A stretch of DNA of 64,000 nucleotides from Nitrospirota bacterium. Lineage in GTDB: Bacteria > Nitrospirota > UBA9217. The notes under the pieces were generated by a model. That model worked only from the letters and a program-made list of their open reading frames with translations. It was not told where the DNA came from and ran no database searches. Of the stretch, positions 43,830-53,735 are shown piece after piece; within the stretch, counting starts at the first letter, position 1, and the number at the start of each line of letters is the position of its first letter. The position numbers were made by a program, and so were the translations under genes. The DNA lies in NCBI GenBank assembly GCA_963796285.1, contig CAWCKW010000012.1, positions 864,001-928,000 on the forward strand, given 5' to 3'.

Positions 43830-45627
43830 TCATTTTTCGGTCTTGATGTCCCGTATTTCCAATTCCACAGCCGTCTTCCCATTCCAGACATTGAGGCGCG
43901 GGGTGAACACCGCGGCAAGCCGCGCTCCGTCCCTCACCTGGTTCCCGAGAAGATTGCCGCGGTTGAATGCGATGGCATCAAGAAAAACACCGCTCTGCTG
44001 CCGTAAGCGCACTTTCAGATGATTGTTGCCCACGATACGCGAAGAAACCACGCTGAGGTCCCGCGCGCCGAGCCGGGGCTCGGGATTGCCCTGTCCAAAG
44101 GGCGCCAGTTTTTCCATCTTCTCCATCAGGTCGAACGTCAATTCGTCGAGTGTCACGGCGCTGTCCACCGAGAGCGTACGCACGAATCCCTGAGTGCCGA
44201 TCCTTTCCAGGACAAGAGCGCTCAGCCGCTCGCGGAACTTCGGGATATTTTCCTGTGCTATGGTGAAACCCGCGGCATATTTGTGTCCACCGAATCCCAA
44301 CAGCAGGTCTTTGCACCTCACCAGGCCTTCATAGAGGTCAAAGCCGGGGATGCTCCGGGCCGAACCCTTTCCCACGCCGTCCTTGACGGAGATGAGCGCC
44401 GTGGGGCGGTAGAACTCCTCGACGATCCGCGAGGCAACGATGCCGATGACCCCCGCGTGCCACTCCTCGGATGACAGCACGAGCGCTCCTGCAGCATCGG
44501 TATCCGTCATACGACAGAGCCTGCGGGCGTCTTCCCATATTCCCATTTCCACGGACTGGCGCTCCTTGTTCACCACGTCGAGCGCCGTAGCAAGTTTCAA
44601 AGCCTCTTCCCGCGAGCTTGTAGTGAGCAGCTGAAATGCCGTATCAGCCCTCTCCAGCCTGCCGCTCGCGTTGATCCTCGGCGCGAGCGTGAAACCGACG
44701 ATGCCCACGCCGATCTTTTTATTGTCCAGCCTCGATACCTGCTTCAGCGCCGCAATCCCCGGCCGCTGCAATTCCGCGTCCTGACGAAAGCCGGTCAAGG
44801 CCGTGTTTCACGAGTATCCGGTTCTCACCCGAGATACTGCCCACATCAGCGACGGTACCGAGGGTCACGAGGTCGAGATAGGTCGTCAGGCGCTCATCAT
44901 CGAGACTCACACCCAGAAGGGCCTGGGCCAGCTTAAAGGCGATGCCTACGCCCGTCAGTCCGCGTACGGACGCGCGGAGAGCAGGTGAAACGCCTGGCGA
45001 CAGAAGACCGGGATGGAGGACCGCGTAAGCATTGGGGAGAATAACATCGTCAGAATTGTGTGACGCGTTTAAACTGTCAGAACCGTTCGAACGGTTTAAA
45101 CGCTCAAATTCATGGTGGTCCGTGATGATCAGATCCAGACCTATTGAACGGGCTCGTTCTGCCTCACGGAGAGCGGTGATACCGCAATCAACTGAAATGA
45201 CGAGATGGACGCCGGCGGTCTGTAATGCTTCAAGGGCCTTTGCGTTCAGCCCGTATCCCTCGGACATCCTGTCCGGTATGTAGCAGTCCACCTTGGCGCC
45301 CAATTCCTTGAGCGCGAGGTACAGGAGGGAGGCACCGGTCACGCCGTCGACATCATAGTCTCCATACACCACGATCCTTTCACTGCTGACGATAGCTGAA
45401 CGTATCCGTCCAACGGCTTTTTCCATCTGAATGAAGATGCCGGGGTCGGACAACGTTGACAAATCGCAGGCAAGAAACGACAATGCGGCCTTGGGTTCTG
45501 TAATGCCCCGGTTGACCATTAGCCTGGCAATGAGCGGATGCAGTCCAGCCTGTTCGGCGAGCGCGGCCGTACAAACATCATCAGCCTCTGCAAGGACCCA
45601 TTTCATACCCTGCCGGACCTTCGTCAA
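43830..45627 (-). CDS. recJ: ssDNA-specific exonuclease (frameshift near 44780)
   Basis: GDYDVDG, EGYG, VDCG, TDHH, PRINASGR, GSARS, GGHKYAAG, PFGQGN. Confidence 0.95.
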
Positions 45628-45813
45628 TCAGGATTTGCCTTCTTTTTTATCTGTATCCTTCGCGCTTTCGTTTGCATCGGAAGAAATGCCCTTCTTGAAC
45701 CCCTTGATGGCTTTTCCGAGCCCTTCGCCCAGCTGCGGCAGGCGATTCGCGCCAAAAATTACCAGTACAATTACCAAAATGACGATCAGCTCCGGCATTC
45801 CAAGTCCAAACAT
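45628..45813 (-). CDS. tatA: Twin-arginine translocase TatA (core copy)
   Basis: [41 protein letters not shown]. Confidence 0.93.
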   Translation of the reverse strand: MFGLGMPELIVILVIVLVIFGANRLPQLGEGLGKAIKGFKKGISSDANESAKDTDKKEGKS

Positions 45814-46377
45814 GCTGCCTCCTTGTATTCCTCTGGCGTATTAAGATTTTTTAACGATCGTTTTTCCGGATCGTAGCGAACGATCTCTGATTCCGTTACA
45901 TACAGCACCCGTGCTTCATTGAAGATCCCCTGGATCTGACGGGCATCCTCGTGGAGCCGCTCTCTCGATAAGCGGCAGCAGCCCTTTCGAGTAGATCGCA
46001 TGGAGCGGTTCGACACGACCGGCCACCCTCGGCACAACAATGTCATAACCCTGGACAAGACCGGCCATATACGAGATAAGACCCGGGTTCAAAAAAGGCA
46101 TGTCGCAGGCCACCACAAAGTTATATTCATCCGTCGAGTGAAGGAGACCCGAATAGATGCCTGTAAGCGGCCCCCGCTTGTCAACGGCATCAGTGATTAC
46201 GACGGCATCGTACGAGACATAGGCCGACGGGGTGTTGGTAACGATAATGGTCTTCGGGAAAATACCACGAAGCGTCCGCAGCACATGCTCGATCAGAGGA
46301 ACACCATCAAGTTTGAGGAATGCCTTGTCCCTGCCCATGCGACGGTTTTCACCGCCTGAAAGCACAATGCCTGTCAT
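45786..46377 (-). CDS. mobA: Molybdenum cofactor guanylyltransferase (frameshift near 45960)
   Basis: [40 protein letters not shown]. Confidence 0.92.
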
Positions 46378-46547
46378 GTTTAAAATTACAGCATTTACCA
46401 TGAGGTGTCAACTAAGAACTTGAGCTTTTTCATTGTGATATCCGATAATAGTGCTGAACAGTGCTAGTTTATGTACGCCCGAAAAGAAACATGATACGCG
46501 AATGTGGCAAAGTAAGTTTATACAAACAAGAAAATAATGACTTCATG

Positions 46548-46576
46548 TTGACATGATTGTTTATTTGACCTATATT
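46548..46576 (+). promoter_or_regulatory. Sigma70-type promoter of the cytochrome-rhodanese operon
   Basis: TTGACA-N17-TATATT; the -35 lies inside the near-palindrome TCATGTTGACATGA. Confidence 0.6.
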
Positions 46577-46667
46577 TATTCCTATATGTGACCATTTCGT
46601 TGGTTTTTATGATATTTTTTAATTATTTTCTTGGCAATCTAAACTAACCAAACTAAGGAGGCCACTA

Positions 46668-47930
46668 ATGTTTAAAACAAAACATATGATAGCCGCAGGT
46701 TATGTCATGTTGATGATGTTTATGATGTTACCATCTGTTGCTAAAGCGGATGATTTTCTCGACAAGACCAAGGCTGAGAGGGAAAAAACCCGGGCTTTCC
46801 TGGTAGAACTCGGGGCAACAAAAGAAGAGGCCACCAAAATCGTTCCAAAAGATGAGGATTGTGCCGTATGCCATCTTGACCAATTCAAAGAGTGGGCCCA
46901 GGATGCTCCGCACTATCAGGGGATATCCTTCGCCAGGGTCGCCTATAACCATTTTGTACGTGACATGAAGGCGAATGGCCTGAAAACCGACCAAAAGGTC
47001 ATGGCCTCTTGCGACCGCTGTCATGCACCCACCCTTCATCGGTACGGGTCCGAGAAACTGTATGCGGCGATCACGAATATCATCGGCGAAGATACGGAAG
47101 ATGCAAAGACAAAGGCTAACGAAAAGATCACTGCCCTGAGATCCATCGGCGTAGGCTGCATTGAATGCCACACCGCACAGCTGACAGGCGGAAACCAGGA
47201 AGGGCCACGGTATGGCACGAAGAAAGATGCAAAATCGCCCCATGAAACGAAGTATGCCCCGGAAATGGCCAAGAGCGAGTTCTGCGGGAAATGTCATGCC
47301 ATGAATGCAAAGGATAGCGAAGCGATCAGAGGTGCCAAGATCGGAAAGACGCAGCTTATCTGGTGCGCGCTTAATTATGACGACTGGAAGCTCGGGGGTT
47401 CAAAACAACAGTGCCAGGACTGTCACATGGAAAAAACAGGCGGCCGGCACAACCACAGCTTCCCGGGATCGAACAACACTGAATTCCTGAAAAAGGCGGT
47501 CGATCTTTCCATTTCCGGAATGAGGTTGAGCGATGAAATCGCCGGGGTGAAGGTGACGGTGCATAGTAACGCAGGACATATCTTCCCGGAGGGCTGCATC
47601 CTCTTAGCCGATGTCGTGTTGTCGCTCACCGTGAAAGATGATACCGGGAAAACAGTGCTCTCCACGGAGCGGACCTGGTATTCTGAGTCAAATGGCTTCC
47701 TCCCCCTCGTGTTCTCACCGGAATTAAAAGAGGTCCCGAGAACGCCGGCGGTCTGGACGGTCGACGACTATATACGTTCCTTTGCCGTTCAGATGGGCGA
47801 TAATATTGTTGACACCTCCTTTTACATCGCGGCCGGCACTAAGAAACTGACCGTAGAAGCCGCTATGGGTTACCGGCAAAAAGATAAGACGGTTCCGATG
47901 ACTAAGGTCACCAAAGAAATAACCCTGTAG
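46668..47930 (+). CDS. Periplasmic pentaheme cytochrome c, ExtKL/MccSep-like
   Basis: Signal peptide; five CxxCH (CAVCH, CDRCH, CIECH, CGKCH, CQDCH); extra Cys233 (IWC) and Cys310 in NAGHIFPEGC; heme-free C-terminal domain. Confidence 0.8.
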   Translation: MFKTKHMIAAGYVMLMMFMMLPSVAKADDFLDKTKAEREKTRAFLVELGATKEEATKIVPKDEDCAVCHLDQFKEWAQDAPHYQGISFARVAYNHFVRDMKANGLKTDQKVMASCDRCHAPTLHRYGSEKLYAAITNIIGEDTEDAKTKANEKITALRSIGVGCIECHTAQLTGGNQEGPRYGTKKDAKSPHETKYAPEMAKSEFCGKCHAMNAKDSEAIRGAKIGKTQLIWCALNYDDWKLGGSKQQCQDCHMEKTGGRHNHSFPGSNNTEFLKKAVDLSISGMRLSDEIAGVKVTVHSNAGHIFPEGCILLADVVLSLTVKDDTGKTVLSTERTWYSESNGFLPLVFSPELKEVPRTPAVWTVDDYIRSFAVQMGDNIVDTSFYIAAGTKKLTVEAAMGYRQKDKTVPMTKVTKEITL

Positions 47931-47939
47931 GCCGACAAC

Positions 47940-47960
47940 GAGGGGGACACTGTCCCCCTC
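47940..47960 (+). other. Intercistronic palindrome/hairpin
   Basis: GAGGGGGACA-C-TGTCCCCCTC, no U-tract. Confidence 0.55.
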
Positions 47961-47989
47961 CTCAATTTCACAACAAAGAGAGAGGATCC

Positions 47990-48562
47990 ATGAATATAAA
48001 GCTGCTGTCCGCACTGCTGATCTCATGTGCGTTCATGATGGCCCTTACCGTCTACTCACCGCTTCAGGCGGGCAGCGGGCCGGACGAGGTCCTGTCCGCG
48101 CTCGAAAAGACCTTCGATATGATACCCGAAGACGGGTATATCATCTCTGCCGATACCCTGTACACCAGAATGAAATCAGGCAAACAGGATTTTGTGATCA
48201 TTGATACCCGTCCGCATATAGAAGATTTTGAAGCTGGTCATCTTCCCGGCGCTCTCTTTGTCCCCTGGCGGGAAATCGTCAAGGAGGACAGTCTCAAAAA
48301 GCTGCCCAAAGACAAGGACATTATTCTTTATTGCAGCACGGGACATCTGGAGAACCAATCTCTCATCGCATTGCGGACACTCGGCTACAAGGCCTATGCC
48401 TTAAAATGGGGAATGATGTCCTGGGCCGAGACAAGACAATCTGATCAGGCCCGGGAAGAGATAAACAAGGCCAGAAAGGCGGGTTATCCTGTCGAGAAAG
48501 GGATGGACGCCAAGCTCAGGGAAGAGTATAAGAAAAAGATGCTGCAACACATGGGCTGCTAA
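47990..48562 (+). CDS. Exported rhodanese-domain sulfurtransferase with C-terminal Gly-Cys
   Basis: Signal peptide, IIDTR, GHLPGA, active loop YCSTGH, LKWGMMSW, ends QHMGC. Confidence 0.9.
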   Translation: MNIKLLSALLISCAFMMALTVYSPLQAGSGPDEVLSALEKTFDMIPEDGYIISADTLYTRMKSGKQDFVIIDTRPHIEDFEAGHLPGALFVPWREIVKEDSLKKLPKDKDIILYCSTGHLENQSLIALRTLGYKAYALKWGMMSWAETRQSDQAREEINKARKAGYPVEKGMDAKLREEYKKKMLQHMGC

Positions 48563-48886
48563 ATAACCGCTATGCTTCTTTATCCGGCTTCCTGTCGAAG
48601 AATCAAAGACATCAAGATAATCTCTTGAGAAATGCCCGCCGCAGGTTCAGTGACTTGAAAATAACCTAAAATTTGAATTTTATATGTAATTCCGAGGTTG
48701 AAAAATGATTATATATGGTTTAATATCAATCATTATACGATTGCAATGGATATGGGGAAGGGACGGGTAGTGTTGACATGAACAATACAATCGTCTTTGT
48801 TCTACGGGTTCGCATCATCCCGGTTCGACGGCAGCCTATCTCATACCCGGCTTACTTGAGAGTATGCACTCTTCAGGAGCCTCGGC

Positions 48887-50671
48887 ATGAAAATACATAA
48901 CGTGATCAGTCATGCGGAGGATTTGCTCTCCGTGAATTACAAGGAGTCTTTGCTCAGGTACGTGGTCTTTCACCTGGATGATGTAGAAAGCGGGCATTCA
49001 GCGATCAGTCGGAAAAGGCTTCTTTTCCTCACCTTTTTTGTCTTGGCCGCTGTCGCCTCCGTATCAGTCGTCGAATGGCTCTTCATTCCAATGGCACACG
49101 ATCGCCTCTTTGTGGATGCTTCAAAACACGCGAACCTTGAAATATTCTGCGGTCTCATCTCAGGTATCATTGCATTTATCCTGACGTGGGAATATCAGGT
49201 TTCGGGAAAGAAGAACATACTCTGGCTTGTTTTTGCGTTTTTTTCGATGGGCATCCTCGACATTTTTCATGCTTTTTCCAACCATGATCACTACGCGTTT
49301 ATCTGGTTCCACTCTCTCAGCGCCTTCTATGGATCTGTATTCCTCGCGGTTTCAGCCTTTCAGAACGGGAAAATAAGCGACCCCGCAAGATCATCGTGGA
49401 CGAGAAGCGGTCATGTTGCATCGGGGTTCGTCTTGATCGTTCTAATCGCCCTGTTCGCCCTGCTGACCCCGAGATTGGACGAGTTCATTCCCAACGTCCT
49501 GTCAATGTCGCTGCCGCACAAGGTACGCGCGGTCGATGTGCGAGGACAATTCAGCAATCTCATTTATGCCGTCAATTTCATATCGGGCATATTGTATCTC
49601 CTTGTGGGCATCGTTTTCGTGAAGGGATTTCTGAAAACAAGCGACGTCATTTACCTGATCTTCGGGACCGCCGCGCTCCTTCTCTCTGAAAGCGAACTGC
49701 TGTTCGCGTTTTCAAACCTCTGGGACCCCCTCTGGTGGTACTGGCATATTATCAAGGTAATGATCTTTTCCGGCCTGCTCATAGGCCTTGCCTACGGTTT
49801 CACCCACACCGTCTACCGCCTTCATGAATCAAGGATAAAGCTTGCGGCCGTCCTTCGGGAGATCGAAAAGAAAAATTTCGAAATCCGCGATGCTTATGAT
49901 CGTCTGAAAGAAACACAGAAATATCTGAAGGAATCGGAAAAGTTTGCCTCCCTAGGCAAAATGTCCGCCATGGTGGCACATGAGATCAGAAATCCTCTCG
50001 GCGCCATTTCCAATTCCCTTGGTGCACTCAAGCGCTACAGCTCCATGGGCCGCGACGATCTCGAATTGATAGGGATCGTCGAGAAGGAAATGGACCGGCT
50101 CAACAACATGACCGAGGATTTTCTGAGCTTCGCCCGCCCGTCGCAGCTCAAGAAGGAGGCGACCGATATCCATCCCCTCATCGAGGAAACGATCGCGCTG
50201 CTCCGGAACGGCGAGAAGGGCTGGACGGAGGTCCGGATCGAGCGCTCCTTTGCGCCGGACATGCCGAGTCTGATGCTCGACGAGAACCGATTCAGGCAGA
50301 TCCTGCTCAACGTGCTGATCAATGCCCGGCAGGCGACGCCGGCGGGAGGAGAAATATCCATTTCAACACGGCTCAAACGGTCCGAGAACGAGGTGGAGAT
50401 CACGATCGCCGATACTGGTACCGGCATGTCCCAGGAAGTACTGTCGCAGGTTTTTCAACCTTTTTTCACGACAAAAGACTCTGGACTGGGCCTGGGGCTC
50501 AATATCGTGCACAAGATCGTGAAGGAACACGGTGGATACATACTTCTCTCGAGCACCCTGACTAAGGGGACCCATGTTCAGCTCATTTTTCCCGCCCCCG
50601 GGAAAGATGAGACCGCTAACGAAGATGTGAGCACGCATGAAGGGGAACGGCCGTTCCGAGGCGGGGAGTAA
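48887..50671 (+). CDS. Membrane sensor histidine kinase (multi-TM, MASE3-like input)
   Basis: Several TM helices; H-box AHEIRNPL, N-box NVLINA, DTGTG, FFTTK, GLGLGL. Confidence 0.9.
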   Translation: MKIHNVISHAEDLLSVNYKESLLRYVVFHLDDVESGHSAISRKRLLFLTFFVLAAVASVSVVEWLFIPMAHDRLFVDASKHANLEIFCGLISGIIAFILTWEYQVSGKKNILWLVFAFFSMGILDIFHAFSNHDHYAFIWFHSLSAFYGSVFLAVSAFQNGKISDPARSSWTRSGHVASGFVLIVLIALFALLTPRLDEFIPNVLSMSLPHKVRAVDVRGQFSNLIYAVNFISGILYLLVGIVFVKGFLKTSDVIYLIFGTAALLLSESELLFAFSNLWDPLWWYWHIIKVMIFSGLLIGLAYGFTHTVYRLHESRIKLAAVLREIEKKNFEIRDAYDRLKETQKYLKESEKFASLGKMSAMVAHEIRNPLGAISNSLGALKRYSSMGRDDLELIGIVEKEMDRLNNMTEDFLSFARPSQLKKEATDIHPLIEETIALLRNGEKGWTEVRIERSFAPDMPSLMLDENRFRQILLNVLINARQATPAGGEISISTRLKRSENEVEITIADTGTGMSQEVLSQVFQPFFTTKDSGLGLGLNIVHKIVKEHGGYILLSSTLTKGTHVQLIFPAPGKDETANEDVSTHEGERPFRGGE

Positions 50672-52015
50672 ATGGCAAAGATACTGGTAATAGACGATCA
50701 GGACGGAATGAGGCGAAGCCTTGTGATCCTCTTGCGGAAAGAGGGTTATGCCGTGGAAGAAGCGGAAAACGGAGAGCGTGCCATTGCTCACCTCGGGTCA
50801 GGTCAATTCGATCTTGTTATCACTGACCTGAAAATGTCGCCGGGCACGGGACTCGACGTCCTGTATTATGTCCTCGAAAGACATCCTCAGACCGACGTGA
50901 TCATCATGACGGGGTACGGTACGGTCGATTCCGCCGTTCTGGCCATGAAACTCGGGGCCTTCGATTACATCGTAAAGCCTTTTAAGAACGAAGAGATACT
51001 CCACCGGGTAAGAAAGTCCCTTGCTCATAGAGAGTCGGAACGGGAGATAGCGGTCCTGCACACAAAAAAGGACATCGAGATCTCCATCCTCGGAGACAGC
51101 GATGCAACAAAAACGCTGATCGCCATGATACGCAAGATCGCTCTAGTTGACCTGACTGCCCTTATATCCGGAGAGACGGGTACAGGAAAGAACCTCGTTG
51201 CCAAAACAGTGCACAGCCTCAGTTCCAGGAGCGGGAAACCTTTTGTGGCCATAAACTGTTCGGCCATCCCGGAACACCTGCTGGAAAGCGAGCTGTTCGG
51301 CCATGCTAAGGGAGCGTTTACCGGGGCGATCCTTGAGAGGCAGGGTTTATTTGGAGCAGCGGATGGCGGGACCCTGTTCCTCGATGAGATCGGCGCCATG
51401 CCGTATGCCATGCAGGCAAAGCTGCTCGACGTCCTGCAGGAACATACGATCCGACGGCTCGGCGAGAACAAACAGAGGACTGTGGACGTCAGGATCATCG
51501 CTGCCACGAACCGGGACCTTGAACAGGCCATTGAGGACGGCACGTTCCGGGAAGACCTCTACTACCGTATCAAAGTCACCCGAGTTCACATCCGGCCGCT
51601 CAGGGAGAAGCCTGATGATATTCCCGTCCTGACCCGGCACTTTTTAGACGACGTCAGAATCCTTCATCAAAAGCCTGATATTGACCTGTCGCCGGATGCA
51701 CTGGAATTCCTTCTTCGGTATGATTTTCCCGGGAACGTGCGTGAACTGCAGAACATCATAACCAGCGCAGCCGCACTCGCAACTGGGTCCCTGATCACGG
51801 TGCCCGATTTGTCTCTCGGGTTTACGAACCAGCTGTTTGATGTTTCCGTCGGAACGACAGGTGAGGCAAATCCCGGCACCCTGGAAGAATGGGAAAAAGA
51901 TATCATCGTGAAGAGCATCGAAAGAAACAACCATAATCTCGGAAAGGTATGCAGCGAACTGGGAACCAGCAGGACAACGCTCTGGCGTAAGATGAATAAA
52001 TACGGTATTACATGA
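50672..52015 (+). CDS. Sigma54-dependent response regulator (NtrC family)
   Basis: REC, GETGTGK, ESELFGH, GAFTGA, FLDEIG, FPGNVREL, Fis-type HTH. Confidence 0.95.
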   Translation: MAKILVIDDQDGMRRSLVILLRKEGYAVEEAENGERAIAHLGSGQFDLVITDLKMSPGTGLDVLYYVLERHPQTDVIIMTGYGTVDSAVLAMKLGAFDYIVKPFKNEEILHRVRKSLAHRESEREIAVLHTKKDIEISILGDSDATKTLIAMIRKIALVDLTALISGETGTGKNLVAKTVHSLSSRSGKPFVAINCSAIPEHLLESELFGHAKGAFTGAILERQGLFGAADGGTLFLDEIGAMPYAMQAKLLDVLQEHTIRRLGENKQRTVDVRIIAATNRDLEQAIEDGTFREDLYYRIKVTRVHIRPLREKPDDIPVLTRHFLDDVRILHQKPDIDLSPDALEFLLRYDFPGNVRELQNIITSAAALATGSLITVPDLSLGFTNQLFDVSVGTTGEANPGTLEEWEKDIIVKSIERNNHNLGKVCSELGTSRTTLWRKMNKYGIT

Positions 52016-52019
52016 AAAC

Positions 52020-52316
52020 CTACTTGAGCCAGCCGACCAGATCTATCGTTAAATGGAAGTTCTGACCTTCTTCTTCCCGGACCATCTGGTAAAACCTGCA
52101 TTTCCGGCAATCCTCATATTTCCTGGCAAAGCTCCCCTGGGCCTCTCCACCGCACATCGTGCCCGCAATGATCCAACATACCCGGCCCGCATTTTCCCCT
52201 CCATGAGTACTGTCAAGCTTAGCGCAAGTCACGGCAGGGCATACCCCGAGCACTGCCGCATTGCTCCCTCCGGATTCTCTCCCGCACTTCATGACTTCCC
52301 AGCAGTTCTTCTTCAT
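52020..52316 (-). CDS. Two-CW domain Cys-rich protein
   Basis: NCWEVMKCGRE...CPA...CWIIAGTMCGG...CRKCRFY. Confidence 0.8.
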   Translation of the reverse strand: MKKNCWEVMKCGRESGGSNAAVLGVCPAVTCAKLDSTHGGENAGRVCWIIAGTMCGGEAQGSFARKYEDCRKCRFYQMVREEEGQNFHLTIDLVGWLK

Positions 52317-52429
52317 TTCTCAGTCCTCCGCCGGACATTTTCTTTGTGCCCCTTCTGCCGCTCATAACCGCGAACCGCTTGTGAATATTCTTTGACGCTA
52401 TATATTACCACTATAGCTTTTTAAATAAA

Positions 52430-52802
52430 GCCACATTCAGCTCTGAAATGCAACAAATGAGCGAGCGACTTTCAACGGTGTTGTGAAGTCCAGACACTTA
52501 CTGGGTCTGTTGTTGATAAGCTTCTCGATTTTCTTTATTAGCTCTTTGTCAATCTGACTGAAATCAGTGCCATTGGAAAGTAGCTTTCGAATGAGGCCGT
52601 TTATCCGCTCATTCGATCCTCGTTGCCACGCTGCAAAGGGATGGGCAAAGTAGCACGGAAAAAGCCTTTGCCTTCCAACGCATTGATGCTATGAGCTAAC
52701 GCTCTGTTTCGTTAGGATGAACATAGCTTTTTGTCATAGACACTTAGAATAGCAGATTCCTTCCTGCATACCCAAATGTTGCACTTCACAATTGAATTTG
52801 CG
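52430..52802 (-). mobile_element. Internally deleted IS30-family element
   Basis: 26-bp imperfect terminal IRs (19/26); transposase start scrap MTKSYVHPNETER* joined to C-terminal YFAHPFAAWQRGSNERINGLIR..YFPMGTDF..INNRPSKCLDFTTP. Confidence 0.85.
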
Positions 52803-52967
52803 TTACTTATGTGCTATCTCTTCATCATCACCGCCTTTTATCGCCTTTTTAAAGGACTGGATGCTTTTACCCAGCCCTTCGCCGAGTTGCGGCAGACGGT
52901 TTGCGCCAAAGATTACAACCACTATGACCAAAATAACCATCAATTCCGGCAGTCCTAATCCAAACAT
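52803..52967 (-). CDS. tatA: Twin-arginine translocase TatA (island copy, 54 aa, absent from ORF track)
   Basis: Manual translation [54 protein letters not shown]; AAGGAGG RBS. Confidence 0.9.
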   Translation of the reverse strand: MFGLGLPELMVILVIVVVIFGANRLPQLGEGLGKSIQSFKKAIKGGDDEEIAHK

Positions 52968-53035
52968 GTTTCCTCCTTAAATATGCAGGGTTTTAATGTA
53001 ATGCTATCGATCAGACTTTCATTATTTCTGTAGCA

Positions 53036-53371
53036 TCAGACTTTTTCCTCCTTCCAAAGAAGCGTACGCCAAGACTGCACGTGCTCATTCTCCGCTTGTT
53101 CATATTCCGCCACGCCTTTCGGTACAACGGTCTGTTCATGTCCAACGGCGGTGATCTCCTGGCCGATCGTCTTGAGTTCCTCAACTTGAGCGGTCTTTTC
53201 CACTTCCTTCATTTCTTCCTTTACGGAATCCTGAAACTCCTGCGAAGCCTTCTTGAACTCTGCTATGGCCCGACCGACGGACCTTCCCAGAGCCGGCAAG
53301 CGCTTGGGGCCAAACACAACTAGCGCTATCACAAAAATAACCATCAATTCCGGAATTCCGAAACCAAACAT
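53036..53371 (-). CDS. TatA/TatB family translocase subunit
   Basis: MFGFGIPELMVIFVIALVVFGPKRLP.LGRSVGRAIAEFKKA. Confidence 0.88.
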   Translation of the reverse strand: MFGFGIPELMVIFVIALVVFGPKRLPALGRSVGRAIAEFKKASQEFQDSVKEEMKEVEKTAQVEELKTIGQEITAVGHEQTVVPKGVAEYEQAENEHVQSWRTLLWKEEKV

Positions 53372-53735
53372 GATTTTCTCCAGTTTTTTCCGTTGGGCTT
53401 AGTACCATAAAAGATGGGCGAGCAGCGTTTTCCCCGCCTGTCTGCTCTATCACTACTTCCATTTGCGAATGCATTCCATGGAAAACGTTTTGCACTGTTC
53501 TCCCACACTCTTTGCGAGAGGGTAGAAAATCCTGTTTATCGCGGTGGAAACGCACCACACCGCCTGCTGAATAATGCAATCTCCTGGCCAGACTGCCAAG
53601 CTCATCGCCAGTCCCAAGAGTTAACGGCAGAACGTCGGAAACTCGCCGCGCATAGTCCATCCTACGGCATGTCACGGGACTCATAATAAATCGCTTTAAG
53701 GACAGGTGAGTGGTCCGTCATGGCGAATGTCACCT

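Noticed and set aside
46500-46660. Sigma54 promoter for the cytochrome operon (TGGCA at about 46505 and 46632)
   Set aside because: Neither has GC at the required GG-N10-GC spacing
47590-47650. Selenocysteine recoding in the cytochrome or rhodanese
   Set aside because: The relevant codons are TGC and the stops are TAG and TAA; no in-frame TGA
53380-53730. tatC remnant or real gene upstream of the tatA pair
   Set aside because: No TatC motif in any frame I translated; left unassigned
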